DNA of 64,000 bases, from assembly GCA_027623675.1 (NCBI GenBank), contig JAQBVF010000006.1:1-64000 (forward strand). The letters run 5' to 3'. Below the pieces are notes generated by a model. That model was not told the origin of the DNA, made no database searches, and saw only the letters and a list, made by a program, of their open reading frames with translations. The position numbers and the translations under genes are program-made. Numbering within the stretch: position 1 is the first letter of the stretch; each line of letters starts with the position of its first letter. This stretch comes from Chloroflexota bacterium (GTDB taxonomy: Bacteria > Chloroflexota > Dehalococcoidia > Lucifugimonadales > UBA3495). Positions 39,555-49,785 of the stretch are shown piece after piece.

Positions 39555-39950
39555 ATGGATTACGCAGTATTTAAAACAGGCGGAAAGCAGTACCGGGTCA
39601 AGCCCGGCGACACCCTTGATGTCGAGCTTCTACCTAATGAGATTGACTCAGTAGCTGAGTTCGGCGAAGTGCTGGCCCTGTCCGACGGCGGCGAAGTAAC
39701 CATCGGCGCTCCCACCGTGACCGGCGCCAAGGTGACGGCCCGTGTACTTTCCCATTATAAAGACCGCAAACTGATGGTCTTTAAGTACAAGGCCAAGACT
39801 CGCTACCGCAGAAAGCGCGGCCACCGCCAGACCTACACCCGGCTGCGGATTCAGGACATCGAACTCAATACGTCCAGCGCCCGTGCGCCCAGGCGCAGAG
39901 CCACCACTGCGGCAGCGGCGGGCTCCGATGGCGGAGAGGGGAACAACTAA
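39555..39950 (+). CDS. rplU: 50S ribosomal protein L21
   Basis: [20 protein letters not shown]. Confidence 0.97.
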   Translation: MDYAVFKTGGKQYRVKPGDTLDVELLPNEIDSVAEFGEVLALSDGGEVTIGAPTVTGAKVTARVLSHYKDRKLMVFKYKAKTRYRRKRGHRQTYTRLRIQDIELNTSSARAPRRRATTAAAAGSDGGEGNN

Positions 39951-40213
39951 TGGCCCATAAGAAAGCCGGCGGCAGCACAAGCAACGGCCGAGACAGTAAT
40001 TCAAAGCGGCTCGGCGTGAAGAAGTACGGTGGAGAGTCCGTGACCAGCGGCTCGATCATCGTTCGGCAGCGCGGGACCCGCATCAAGCCCGGCAACAACG
40101 TGGGCCTGGGCAAGGACTACACCATCTTTGCCGTGGTAGATGGTCAGGTGAAATTTGAGTGGGCCGCCAAGGGCCGACGACGGGTTAGCGTTTACCCCGT
40201 CGAAGCTGCGTAA
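39950..40213 (+). CDS. rpmA: 50S ribosomal protein L27
   Basis: [16 protein letters not shown]. Confidence 0.98.
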   Translation: MAHKKAGGSTSNGRDSNSKRLGVKKYGGESVTSGSIIVRQRGTRIKPGNNVGLGKDYTIFAVVDGQVKFEWAAKGRRRVSVYPVEAA

Positions 40214-40302
40214 GTACAGCATCCAACAAGAGCGATCGAGACAACCCGTAAGCCGCCTAAACAGGGCGGCTTCCCAACCATTAAGATAATTCGGTAAAAG
40301 AT

Positions 40303-40503
40303 ATGAAGACAGCGATTCACCCTTATTTCTACAACGCCACGGTGACGTGTTCCTGTGGGCACGTTTTCAACACCGGCGCGACCAAGCCGGCGCTGCGTGT
40401 TGAGGTGTGCAGCAGTTGCCACCCCTTCTACACCGGCGAACAGCGTGTCGTTGACACCCAGGGCCGCATCGAGCGGATGCGCCGCCGCTACAAGTTGAGC
40501 TAA
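40303..40503 (+). CDS. rpmE: 50S ribosomal protein L31 (Zn-binding type)
   Basis: MKTAIHP..CSCG..CSSCHPFYTG. Confidence 0.97.
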   Translation: MKTAIHPYFYNATVTCSCGHVFNTGATKPALRVEVCSSCHPFYTGEQRVVDTQGRIERMRRRYKLS

Positions 40504-40685
40504 GTCCGGTTGCTAAAGCGGGGCAGCGCACCCGGCGCAGCCCTTCCCAATCGGATGGACCAACCTGGCACAACGAAAATGAACCGACGAGATCGAGGGC
40601 GCCAAGCCCTCGATTTTCTATTTCCGGGGCACGTAATCTAGTCTTTAAGGAGCGCTCAACCGCCTGAGACCTGGCCGGCGGTTCT

Positions 40686-41690
40686 GTGCTTAGAGGCCCG
40701 AATTTGGCAAACCAACCCAAACAGATATACGGCGGACAGGCCGTCATAGAAGGCGTGATGATTCGCGGCCGGGACAACTTCGGCCTGGCGGTGCGCCGCG
40801 AGGACGGGTCCATCGAGTTGCACCAGGAGGCCCTCAGCTCCCTCTATAATGGCCGTCCCAGGCGTTGGCCCCTTCTGAGAGGGTTCCTGACGCTGGTCGA
40901 AACCATGGTGCTGGGTATCAAGGCCCTGCAACTTTCCGCGAACATGGCCGCCGTCGACCGGTCGGAAGACGACGAGGAGGAAGGCATCCCCGGCTGGGTG
41001 ATGGCCTCCACCCTGGGCATCTCACTGGTGTTCGGAATCGGTCTATTCTTCATCACACCCCTGGTCATCGCCTGGCTCCTGAATCCGGTGCTGAACTCCG
41101 ACTTGCTCAGCGAGATCGTCGAAGGTGTGATTCGTTTGGTGTTCCTGTTGGCCTACATCTCGGCCATCAGCATGCTAAAGGACGTGAAACGGGTCTTCGC
41201 CTACCACGGTGCGGAACACATGACGGTGCACGCCTACGAGGCCGACCTCCCCCTGACCGTGGAGAATGTGCGTAAGTTCGGCACCCCGCACCCCCGCTGC
41301 GGCACAGCCTTTCTGCTGACGGTGGTCGTGGTCTCGGTGGTGGTGTTTGCGCTGCTGTTGGGACCGCCCCTGGAATGGCGGATAGCCTCGCGCATCCTGC
41401 TATTGCCGGTGATTGCCGCGGTTAGCTACGAGTTCATCCGGTTCAGCGGACTGCATGCGGACTCGTGGTTCGGGAAGATGGTCGCCAAGCCCGGGCTGTG
41501 GCTGCAGAAATTGACCACCAGACAACCCGACGACTCGCAGATAGAGGTGGCGATTCACGCCATGCAGACCGCCATCGCCGCGGACCGGGGCGAGACGGTG
41601 CCCCGGCGTATACCGGCGTCGGTGGCGACGATCGCTGTCAAGGCAGACTCGCCGCCCGAAACGAATGTAGCTCCGGGCGACGCCGCCTAG
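40686..41690 (+). CDS. DUF1385 membrane protein
   Basis: GGQAVIEGVM, YHGAEH, HPRCGT. Usual position after rpmE. Confidence 0.93.
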   Translation: MLRGPNLANQPKQIYGGQAVIEGVMIRGRDNFGLAVRREDGSIELHQEALSSLYNGRPRRWPLLRGFLTLVETMVLGIKALQLSANMAAVDRSEDDEEEGIPGWVMASTLGISLVFGIGLFFITPLVIAWLLNPVLNSDLLSEIVEGVIRLVFLLAYISAISMLKDVKRVFAYHGAEHMTVHAYEADLPLTVENVRKFGTPHPRCGTAFLLTVVVVSVVVFALLLGPPLEWRIASRILLLPVIAAVSYEFIRFSGLHADSWFGKMVAKPGLWLQKLTTRQPDDSQIEVAIHAMQTAIAADRGETVPRRIPASVATIAVKADSPPETNVAPGDAA

Positions 41691-41697
41691 ATAAAGA

Positions 41698-42993
41698 TTA
41701 AGACAGGTTCCAGCGGGGATTCTGATCGGCCTGCTCTTTCAGGTAGTCGACGATCCAGTCCTTCACTCCGCCGGCGATGTAGAAGGTTGGTTTGACCAGT
41801 TCGCTCTCGTCGTTGATCAGCCCCTCCCTCTCGGCGGCAACCGCCACTTCCGTACCCGGCATCACGCTCACGCCGACCCGCAGGTTGGCCATGGCCGGGC
41901 TGATCCCGCGGAGGAAGTCCAGTTTCATATCGACAGACTCTCGGGTCTCCCCCGGTTCGCCGAATGTCTTGCCGATATTGTAGTGCAGGTCCCCGTCTTC
42001 GCACATCTTGCAAACGGCGGCCAGTTGTTCGTTCTCCTCAGCCATGCTTCCCATGTCGCCGGGGTTGCCGGCCCGGTTGACCATAATCACCAGACCGCAC
42101 CCAGCCTCCTTCATCATTCCGATGAGCTCGGGGTCGCAGTTGAAGGGCGCCAGACAGGTGTTCCAGCGGATGTCGACCTTCGACTCGATCAGCTCGCGGC
42201 ACAGCGATTTGGCGTGGTCCAGAGGAAGGTTGAACCCGTTGTCGACGAAGAACACCTTCTTCATGTCGAACCTTTCCTTCATCTCTTTGACCTCGGCCAC
42301 CACCTCGCTGATGGGCCGGATCACCCGCCAGCCGGACTCGTTTATCTGGGCCTGGGATGCGTTGGTGGGGTAGTAGAAACCGCCGAGCTTGGTCAGTATG
42401 CCGATCCCGAAGCCGGCTTTGTTATAGCGGGCCATGTCCAGGTCTTCCAGGCGGGGCGGCTTGGCGAACTCCGAGGTGCAGTAGCCTTCGTTCATCTGGG
42501 TCTGGCCGTTCTTCCTGTAGACCAGGCCGGGGAGGTCATGGTAATCGGGCTCACCGATCTCCAGCCGGTCGGCCAGGGCGGCAAAGGTCTCGCCGGCGTC
42601 CCCCGACAACCCCAGGTCGGCCCCCAGGAACTCGAAGCATTGGCTGGGCAGGATGCTGAACGCCGGGCCGCCGCAGACGATCACCGCATCGCTAACAGAC
42701 CTGATGCGGTCGATAACCTCTTTGCTGATGGGCAGGGCCCAGATGGTGTTCATGTAGCTGTGGTTGCTCAGGTTGCGGACGGACATGCCCACCATCTGAG
42801 GCTGGAATTCCTTGACCGTCGCTTCCACATCGGCCAGATGGTCCTCGGAAAACATCAGGTCCAGGACCTTCACCTCATGACGGTCGTGGTCTAGGTGCCC
42901 GGCGATGTATGCCAACCCTATCGGCATCGGCTGGGCGTTCATTCGGCTTTGCAGGCGGTCGTGGCGGTTGGTGGCGATCAGTAGGATCCGCAT
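41698..42993 (-). CDS. B12-binding/radical SAM-like protein lacking CxxxCxxC
   Basis: N-terminal B12-binding domain (PIGLAYIAG, GMSVRN, GGPAFS), then FFVDNGFN and GEPGET. Confidence 0.85.
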   Translation of the reverse strand: MRILLIATNRHDRLQSRMNAQPMPIGLAYIAGHLDHDRHEVKVLDLMFSEDHLADVEATVKEFQPQMVGMSVRNLSNHSYMNTIWALPISKEVIDRIRSVSDAVIVCGGPAFSILPSQCFEFLGADLGLSGDAGETFAALADRLEIGEPDYHDLPGLVYRKNGQTQMNEGYCTSEFAKPPRLEDLDMARYNKAGFGIGILTKLGGFYYPTNASQAQINESGWRVIRPISEVVAEVKEMKERFDMKKVFFVDNGFNLPLDHAKSLCRELIESKVDIRWNTCLAPFNCDPELIGMMKEAGCGLVIMVNRAGNPGDMGSMAEENEQLAAVCKMCEDGDLHYNIGKTFGEPGETRESVDMKLDFLRGISPAMANLRVGVSVMPGTEVAVAAEREGLINDESELVKPTFYIAGGVKDWIVDYLKEQADQNPRWNLS

Positions 42994-43289
42994 TCAATCC
43001 TCCGTGGATGGATGGACTAAGGACGATTTTGGGCTCATTATCCCCCACGGCCTGAAGAATTACAAAGGGCCAGGCCGTCCAGAAGCCCTTAATCACCTAC
43101 ATCAATCGTGCAGCGATTACAGGCCTGCGCCAGATCTGGCGTGATCTAATCGGAATCCTCTCTTTAGGGGGTAAGAGTCGGCGAAACCGGCGTGCTGTGC
43201 GCCAGTTATTATTGACAAACTACATCGATTCTATTACCGTCCCTGATAACAATATCCGGACGCATTTTACATAAATTGAGGGTGGCGTA

Positions 43290-44513
43290 ATGGTAGCGAC
43301 GATAAACGATGACATGTTCACCGCAGACGTTATTCAAGACCCCTACCGATATTATGGTCAGATTCGTGACGAAGACCCCGTTCACTGGAATGAACTCTAC
43401 GAACTATGGGTGATCACCCGTCACGACGACTTGGTCTGGCTGACGCGGAACCACGAGCAGTTCTCGAACGCCGTGTTTGTGAACGACCCGCGCCCCGCCT
43501 ATCCGGCCATCTACGAGTCGGACACCGAGCTATACGACTATGTGCGCGCCTATAACGGCAAGCAATTCATCCAATACGACCGGCCTGAGCATCTGGAGAT
43601 GCGGAAGGTCGTGCACACCTACTTCACCCCCAAGTCCATGGAAGAGTGGCGGCCGCTGGTAAGGTCCGCTATCGCCGATCTTCTGGACGCTGCTGAGGCC
43701 CGGGGCGGAGAGGTCGATCTGATGCATGACCTGGCAGTGCCGCTGCCCGTCCTCGTGATCGCCGAGATGATGGGAGTGCCCGAATCCGAGCGTCCTCACA
43801 TCAGGATGTTGGCCGAGAAATTGCTGAACATCGGCCGGGGCGAACCAGACCGCATGCGTCCCCTAACCGAAGGCATGCAGGGCATGTTGGACTACGTTAA
43901 CCCCATGGTTGACGAGCGTATCGTGAACCCCAAGGACGACTTCATTTCGGTGCTGGCCAGCGGCGAAAAGTCCGGCGTCTTCACCCGCGAACAGGTGCTG
44001 GTCAACACGTCGTTGCTGCTCCTGGCCGGTCACGAGACCACCATCAACCTGATCTGCAACGGCACACTGGCCTTCATGAACAACCGCGACCAGTGGGACC
44101 TGCTGAAGGGCGACACCGAAGCCATGATGGTCCGGGCCACCGAAGAGGCCCTACGGTATGACTCGCCGGTGAAGTCCATCCAGCGTTTGGCCGTTGAAGA
44201 CGTTGAGATGCGTGGCAAGCGGATCAAGAAAGACGACCGCATCCGCTGGTTCATGTCCTCGGCCAACCGCGACCCAAACAAGTTCGAGAACCCAGACACC
44301 ATGGACATCACCCGCTGGCCCAACCCCCATGTGGCCTTCGGTTCCGGTGTCCACCATTGCCTGGGCGCGACCATCGCCAGGGTGGAAGGCCAAGAGGTCT
44401 TCAAGGCGCTGGCCGACCGGTATCCCAACCTGGAGCTGAAGACCAACCAGATGGAGTACCAGCCAAGCATCACTTTCCGCTCCATAAAGAGCCTGCCGGT
44501 CTCCCTTAACTAA
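43290..44513 (+). CDS. Cytochrome P450
   Basis: LAGHETT, EEALR, FGSGVHHCLG. Confidence 0.97.
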   Translation: MVATINDDMFTADVIQDPYRYYGQIRDEDPVHWNELYELWVITRHDDLVWLTRNHEQFSNAVFVNDPRPAYPAIYESDTELYDYVRAYNGKQFIQYDRPEHLEMRKVVHTYFTPKSMEEWRPLVRSAIADLLDAAEARGGEVDLMHDLAVPLPVLVIAEMMGVPESERPHIRMLAEKLLNIGRGEPDRMRPLTEGMQGMLDYVNPMVDERIVNPKDDFISVLASGEKSGVFTREQVLVNTSLLLLAGHETTINLICNGTLAFMNNRDQWDLLKGDTEAMMVRATEEALRYDSPVKSIQRLAVEDVEMRGKRIKKDDRIRWFMSSANRDPNKFENPDTMDITRWPNPHVAFGSGVHHCLGATIARVEGQEVFKALADRYPNLELKTNQMEYQPSITFRSIKSLPVSLN

Positions 44514-44593
44514 CTGGCAGGTAATTAACGGACAGACAATCTTGGGCGGGTATCGCCCATAGCTCAGAGCGCAAGAACCGGCTCGCGGTGACA

Positions 44594-44622
44594 TTGACAC
44601 CTCGAGCCGGTTTTCATATTGT
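44594..44622 (+). promoter_or_regulatory. Sigma70 promoter
   Basis: TTGACA-17bp-TATTGT. Confidence 0.55.
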
Positions 44623-44628
44623 GGTATC

Positions 44629-44775
44629 GTCTTGGGTATGGCGACACTCGATTGATCGAGATGACGGGTTGAGGACGGGTCGGATGTCTGGGAAGTCTGT
44701 CACAGACCACGAAACGGCGCCCACCGGGAGCTACCTTAATCCTGCGCGCACCCTTCGCGGCGGGGCTATTTTTTT
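44629..44775 (+). ncRNA. Structured ncRNA, possibly 6S RNA
   Basis: Lies between a promoter and a T7 run. Helices GGGT..GCG/CGC..ACCC and GGGTTGAGG/CCTTAATCC. The GGG..GATGTC and AAACGGCGCCCACC segments resemble 6S RNA. Confidence 0.45.
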
Positions 44776-44832
44776 GGCGCCCCAGACATGACCGCATCCT
44801 CGCGTGTATCCCATGGTGACTCTGGCGGGCTT

Positions 44833-45411
44833 ATGGCGCGAAGGGTTGGGGAAGTGGTTGAATCCACCTCCACGTCGTTCCTGTCCCAGTGCTACCGCTT
44901 GGAGGGCGCCCCGGCGCTTGGCGGCCTGGTCCGCACCGATTCTCCCGACATCTACGGCGTGGTCGGCCGCGTCACCACCGAGCCGCTGGATTCAGCCAGG
45001 CCGGTATTGGCTCGAGGCGAAGACGCCGAATCCGAAGAGGATGTCATTCGCGACAACCCCCAGCTGGCCCGACTGCTCACCTCCAGGTTCGAGGTCTTCA
45101 TCGCCGGGCATATGGAACAGGGCAGCATTCGCCAGTACCTTCCGCCCAGGCCGCCCCGGGTCCACTCATTCGTCTACGACTGCAGCCCGGATGAGATATC
45201 CCTGTTCACCGCCCGGCTTGACCTGTTGCGGCTGCTCCTCAACTCAGGTGCGCCCCACGCCGATGAGATAGCCGGCGCCTGCATCAGGCAGGCCGCCCCG
45301 TCCCATAGGCAGCCGGATGAATTCCTTGCGCACGCCTGCCGCACCTTGGCGGTGGAGCTGTCTGCCGACGTGGCCCGCCTGAACGCCATCCTACGGAGAA
45401 TCGCTCCGTGA
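44833..45411 (+). CDS. HAS-barrel domain protein (HerA-associated)
   Basis: VGEVVES..PALGGLV..QYLPPRPPRVHSFVY. Overlaps the start of the HerA-like gene. Confidence 0.75.
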   Translation: MARRVGEVVESTSTSFLSQCYRLEGAPALGGLVRTDSPDIYGVVGRVTTEPLDSARPVLARGEDAESEEDVIRDNPQLARLLTSRFEVFIAGHMEQGSIRQYLPPRPPRVHSFVYDCSPDEISLFTARLDLLRLLLNSGAPHADEIAGACIRQAAPSHRQPDEFLAHACRTLAVELSADVARLNAILRRIAP

Positions 45412-47093
45412 CCCAAGCCTACGAGCCAGATGGGAAGTCCAACGGCCTGACCGATGGCCTGGACCACGGGCGTTTGGCTTCCGTGGAAGGCCAGCGATTG
45501 GGCATGGTCATCGAGGGATCGGTGGGTAACGGTGTTGAGGTCCGCTTGGAGCCCGGCGTGTCCGTTGAGCAGGTGAAGGTCGGCACCTTTGTGACCATCC
45601 AGGGCAGCAACAACCGATTTTTCGGAGTCGTCACGGATGTTGGCCTGGGCAGCACCGACCCGCGCCTGAGATTCACTCCGCTCCCGGCCGACAACCCATT
45701 CGTCATCCAGGCGCTACAGGGCACGGTCGCCTTTGGCACCGTGTCGGTGCTGCCCCAACTGACCATGCCGGAGGTCCTGGGCGGTGGCCAAGGCCCGGTG
45801 GCCGCCAAGAGCATCCCGGCCCATTTCTCCCAGGCGTTCACCGCCTCGCAGAACGACGTGGAGATGGTATTTGGCAGCGAGGCCGACGGCAACTTCTGGA
45901 TCGGCAGTCCCTTGGACATGGAAACGAAATTGTGCCTGGACCTGGGAGAACTGGTCAAACGCTCGGTGGGGGTCTTTGGCAAGAGCGGCACCGGCAAGAC
46001 GTTTCTGACCCGCCTGCTGCTGGCCGGAATCGTCCAGAATGGCGAAGCCGCGTCGCTGATCTTCGACATGCACAGCGAATACGGCTGGCAGGGGCAGGAC
46101 GCGGACAAGGGGATATCCGTCAAGGGCCTGAAACAGCTCTTCGGCGCCAAGGTGTCTACCTTCACCCTGGATGATGAGCACTCCCGCCGCCGGGGAGTCT
46201 CGGCTGACGAGACCGTGCAATTGGGGTTCAATCACATCGAGCCGCAGGACATCGAGCTGCTTCGGGAGTCGCTGAACCTGTCCGAGGTGGCCGCTTCAGC
46301 CGCCTTCAACCTGCATGAGAAATTTGGCGAGGAGAAATGGGTAAAAAGTTTCTTGGACGCCGGGAGGGACGGCTCGCTGTTGGACCTGGCTGAGGAATTG
46401 CAGGTCAACGCCGGGGCGCTTCGGGCGCTCTACAACCGGCTGGGCCGGTTCACCCGCCACGGATTCATGGTCGAGCACAGCCGCACCGACACCGCCGCCC
46501 GGATCATCGAACACCTGGAGCGGGGCCAGCATGTGGTGCTGGAGTTTGGCCGCTACGGCGACGACGAAGCGGCCTACATACTGGTCAGCAACCTGCTCAC
46601 CCGCCGCATACACCGCAAGTATGTCGAGGCCAAAGAGTCGGCCATGGGCGGCGCCGGCAAGGAGCCACGGCCGTTGGTCATCGTCATCGAGGAAGCTCAC
46701 AAATTTCTGAACAGCAGCGTGGCCTCCCAGACCATCTTCGGCATCATCGCCAGGGAGCTTAGAAAGTACAACGTCACGCTGATGGTGATCGACCAGCGGC
46801 CCAGCGGCATCGAATCCGAGGTGCTGAGCCAGGTGGGCACCCGGTTCAGTTGCCTGCTGGACAACGACCGGGACATAGATGCCGTACTGTCGGGGACGCC
46901 GGGCAGCCGCCAACTGCGCACCGTGCTGTCGCGATTGGAGGCCAAGCAGCAGGCCCTGGTGTTCGGCCACGCCCTGCCTCTGCCGGTGGTTGTGCGCACC
47001 CGCGACTATGGGGCCAGTTTCTACGAAACGGTGCGGGGCGGCGGCGACTCCCCCGAGGAACAAAAGCGCAAAGTGGACGAGCTATTCGGGTGA
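45408..47093 (+). CDS. HerA/DUF87 family ATPase
   Basis: GKSGTGKT, FDMHSEY, IEEAH, DQRPS. Confidence 0.9.
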   Translation: MTQAYEPDGKSNGLTDGLDHGRLASVEGQRLGMVIEGSVGNGVEVRLEPGVSVEQVKVGTFVTIQGSNNRFFGVVTDVGLGSTDPRLRFTPLPADNPFVIQALQGTVAFGTVSVLPQLTMPEVLGGGQGPVAAKSIPAHFSQAFTASQNDVEMVFGSEADGNFWIGSPLDMETKLCLDLGELVKRSVGVFGKSGTGKTFLTRLLLAGIVQNGEAASLIFDMHSEYGWQGQDADKGISVKGLKQLFGAKVSTFTLDDEHSRRRGVSADETVQLGFNHIEPQDIELLRESLNLSEVAASAAFNLHEKFGEEKWVKSFLDAGRDGSLLDLAEELQVNAGALRALYNRLGRFTRHGFMVEHSRTDTAARIIEHLERGQHVVLEFGRYGDDEAAYILVSNLLTRRIHRKYVEAKESAMGGAGKEPRPLVIVIEEAHKFLNSSVASQTIFGIIARELRKYNVTLMVIDQRPSGIESEVLSQVGTRFSCLLDNDRDIDAVLSGTPGSRQLRTVLSRLEAKQQALVFGHALPLPVVVRTRDYGASFYETVRGGGDSPEEQKRKVDELFG

Positions 47094-47189
47094 CGGCTCG
47101 CGCCCGATTCTGAGCATCATCGCCCACACCCTTCATGGTGTTTTCAGGCAGATACCAAGCACCACCACCCAATATCAGCCACCCTGGCT

Positions 47190-47215
47190 CCGCTCATGGT
47201 GAGCCGGTCGAACCA
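47190..47215. repeat. Single REP-like unit
   Basis: CCGCTCATGGTGAGCCGGTCGAACCA, the reverse complement of the 29.7-kb motif. Confidence 0.65.
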
Positions 47216-47296
47216 CCGCTTGCCTCAAGCCAAGTTACATGATTTTCGACGACCCTCCGCGGCAAGAGAGGTCGAGCGGTTTATACCGAATGACGC

Positions 47297-48319
47297 CTAC
47301 TGACCCACCCGGTACACCCTTTCGGCGGTGCCTTGGAACATGGCGGCCCGCTCTGAGGCCGAATAGCCTTTGGACAGGCGTTTGAAGGCGTTGTACAGCA
47401 CGTTGTAGGAATGGCCCACCTTGTCGGGCGGGAAGTTGCTCTCAAACATGCCCCGTTCCGGTCCGAACTGCTCGATGGCATAGTTCATGTACGGCGCCAT
47501 GGTCTCGGCCAACTCCTCGGAGCCGATGGGCTTGTTCCTGGCGTACCAGTCATAACCGGTCCGAGGCTGGCCGATCCCGCCAAGTTTTACGACTACGTTG
47601 GGGCACTTGGCCACGGCGGCCAGGCCCTCCCGCCAAGCGCCCAGCACTTCGTCGTCGCGGTTGGCGTAAGGGCCGGTGCGCAACACTCCCCCGATGTGGT
47701 TGAGGATGATGGTCAGATCGGGGATCGCCCGGGCAAATTCGACCAACTCCGGCAACTGGTGAAAATACAGCCAGGCGTCGAAGGTCAGTCCCATGCGGGC
47801 CAGCACCCTGGCGCCGTTCCTGAAAGTCTCGTTGGAGAGTTGACCTTCCAGGTCCCAGCGGTTGCCGGGGATGTCGGGATGGGGGTCCCAGGTGAGGGTG
47901 TGGCGGATGCCGCGGAACCGGTTGGGACTGGCCGCAACCAGAGCTTCCAGCACCGGCGCGACCCGGTCTCCCAGGTTGAGGTTGGCGTGGCCCACGATGG
48001 CCGCGGCGGCTCTGGCCTCGCCATACACGCCGGTGGCGGCGGCGGCGGCCATGCCCTGGACGAACTCCACTTCGCCGACCGGTTTCATCTCTTCCGGCCC
48101 GTCGGCGCGGTACATGGCGTTGGTCTCGACAAACACCGTGGAGCGCACGTTGTGTCCGCTGTTCAGGTCGGCGTACAACTCATGGAGCAGGTATCTTTGA
48201 TACGGGACCCGCGCGGGCCGCATATCCCACAGGTGATGGTGGGGATCGCAGATGGGAAGCCCCGGCTCCAAGGCAGGCTCCTGAGTCAACGCGAGCCAGT
48301 CGTTACCCCCGAACGGCAT
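47297..48319 (-). CDS. Amidohydrolase_2 family protein
   Basis: ICDPHHHLW, ILNHIG, FGPERGMFESNFP. Confidence 0.9.
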   Translation of the reverse strand: MPFGGNDWLALTQEPALEPGLPICDPHHHLWDMRPARVPYQRYLLHELYADLNSGHNVRSTVFVETNAMYRADGPEEMKPVGEVEFVQGMAAAAATGVYGEARAAAAIVGHANLNLGDRVAPVLEALVAASPNRFRGIRHTLTWDPHPDIPGNRWDLEGQLSNETFRNGARVLARMGLTFDAWLYFHQLPELVEFARAIPDLTIILNHIGGVLRTGPYANRDDEVLGAWREGLAAVAKCPNVVVKLGGIGQPRTGYDWYARNKPIGSEELAETMAPYMNYAIEQFGPERGMFESNFPPDKVGHSYNVLYNAFKRLSKGYSASERAAMFQGTAERVYRVGQ

Positions 48320-48468
48320 GATGGTGCCTCCACAGCTAATATTGGGCGGCACGATGATACCATAAGCCACGCATCTAGAGGGTCCGAACGGCGTTCCGGA
48401 TGGCGCGGCAACAGGAACCCATTTGGCTGCCGTTGTGCCACCCGGCGATGATTGCCGGAGGTGAGCCC

Positions 48469-49677
48469 TTAGTCGCCCTTGTAGCCGCGGTTGCTCTGCT
48501 GCTTCTCCATGTAGTTGCGGATCATTAGGGCCGCCGCGGCGCCCTCGCCGACCGCGCTCGCCACCTGCTTAGTGCTGCCGGCCCGGGCGTCTCCGGCGGC
48601 GAACACCCCCTCCATGCTGGTCTCCATGGTGGGGCCGGTGGTGATGAATCCGAATTTGTCGGTTTCGACCGCGTCCTCAACAAACTTAGTATTGGGGTCC
48701 AGGCCGATAAAGATGAACGCGGCGGCTGGGAATAGCTCCTCCACCTTATCGGTGGTCCGGTCCAAGACCATGACCGATTCCAGATGCCCGGATCCTTTGA
48801 ATTCTTGAACGGCGCTGCTGACCCGAATCTCCATATTTGGATGGGCCTCGGCTTTCTCCCGCAGCAGCTGGCTAGCACCCAAGCGGTCCATGAACTCCAG
48901 AACGGTCACCTTGCTGGCGAACTTGGTCAGGAACAGGCCCTCCTCTACGCCGCTGTTGCCGCCGCCCACCACCACAACCTCTTTGTCCTTGTAGAACGGG
49001 CCGTCGCAGGTGGCGCAGAAGTGGATGCCAGCTCCGATCAGGTCGTCTTCACCTGGGACGTTCAACCGCCGGTAGTTGGTGCCGGGCGCCAGCAGGATGG
49101 CGTTGGCGCAATACTCGTCCCCCGACTCGGTGGTGATCATCTTGTGATCGCCGTCGGCCTGGATCTTGGTCACGGTCTGGGCCGGCAGGATCTCCACTCC
49201 GAACCGCTCGGCATGGGCCCGCATCTGGTCGGCCAGCTCTCCGCCGCCGATGCCCTCTACGAATCCGGGGTAGTTGTCGATGCGCTCGGTAACGCCGGCC
49301 TGACCGCCGATGCCGCCCTTCTCGATAATCAGGGTTTCGATGCCTTCCCGGGCGGCGTAGAGGGCGGTGGTGAGTCCGGCGGGCCCGCTGCCGACGATGA
49401 CCAGGTCGTAGTAGGACCGCTCGGCTTTAGGGCTGATCCCAAGTTTGGCGGCCAACTCGGCATTGGACGGCTCCACCAGTATGGAACCGTCTTCAAAGAC
49501 GATGGTGGGGATGATCTGCTTGCCATCGTTCAGCTCCTGCACCTGCTGGCGCCCCGCTTCGTCGGCGTCGATATCGACCCAGTTGTACCGGACGCGCTGT
49601 TCTCCCAGAAATTGCTTTGACTGCTTACAGTCGGGGCACCAGGGCGCGCCGTAAACCGTGATCTTGGGTTCTTCCAT
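48469..49677 (-). CDS. Glutaredoxin-like domain fused to a thioredoxin reductase-like flavoprotein
   Basis: N-terminal WCPDC..IPT, then GSGPAG, CATCDG, GGGNSG, AAGD. Confidence 0.92.
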   Translation of the reverse strand: MEEPKITVYGAPWCPDCKQSKQFLGEQRVRYNWVDIDADEAGRQQVQELNDGKQIIPTIVFEDGSILVEPSNAELAAKLGISPKAERSYYDLVIVGSGPAGLTTALYAAREGIETLIIEKGGIGGQAGVTERIDNYPGFVEGIGGGELADQMRAHAERFGVEILPAQTVTKIQADGDHKMITTESGDEYCANAILLAPGTNYRRLNVPGEDDLIGAGIHFCATCDGPFYKDKEVVVVGGGNSGVEEGLFLTKFASKVTVLEFMDRLGASQLLREKAEAHPNMEIRVSSAVQEFKGSGHLESVMVLDRTTDKVEELFPAAAFIFIGLDPNTKFVEDAVETDKFGFITTGPTMETSMEGVFAAGDARAGSTKQVASAVGEGAAAALMIRNYMEKQQSNRGYKGD

Positions 49678-49785
49678 GAGTCCTCCATGTCGCCAACTTT
49701 GAAACGGCTTCCGTTGGTGTTGCTCCTAAAATAGGATGCGGCAGGGTTGAAAATGGGTTCCAGACGGATGGGCCAAAAAGCGGGG

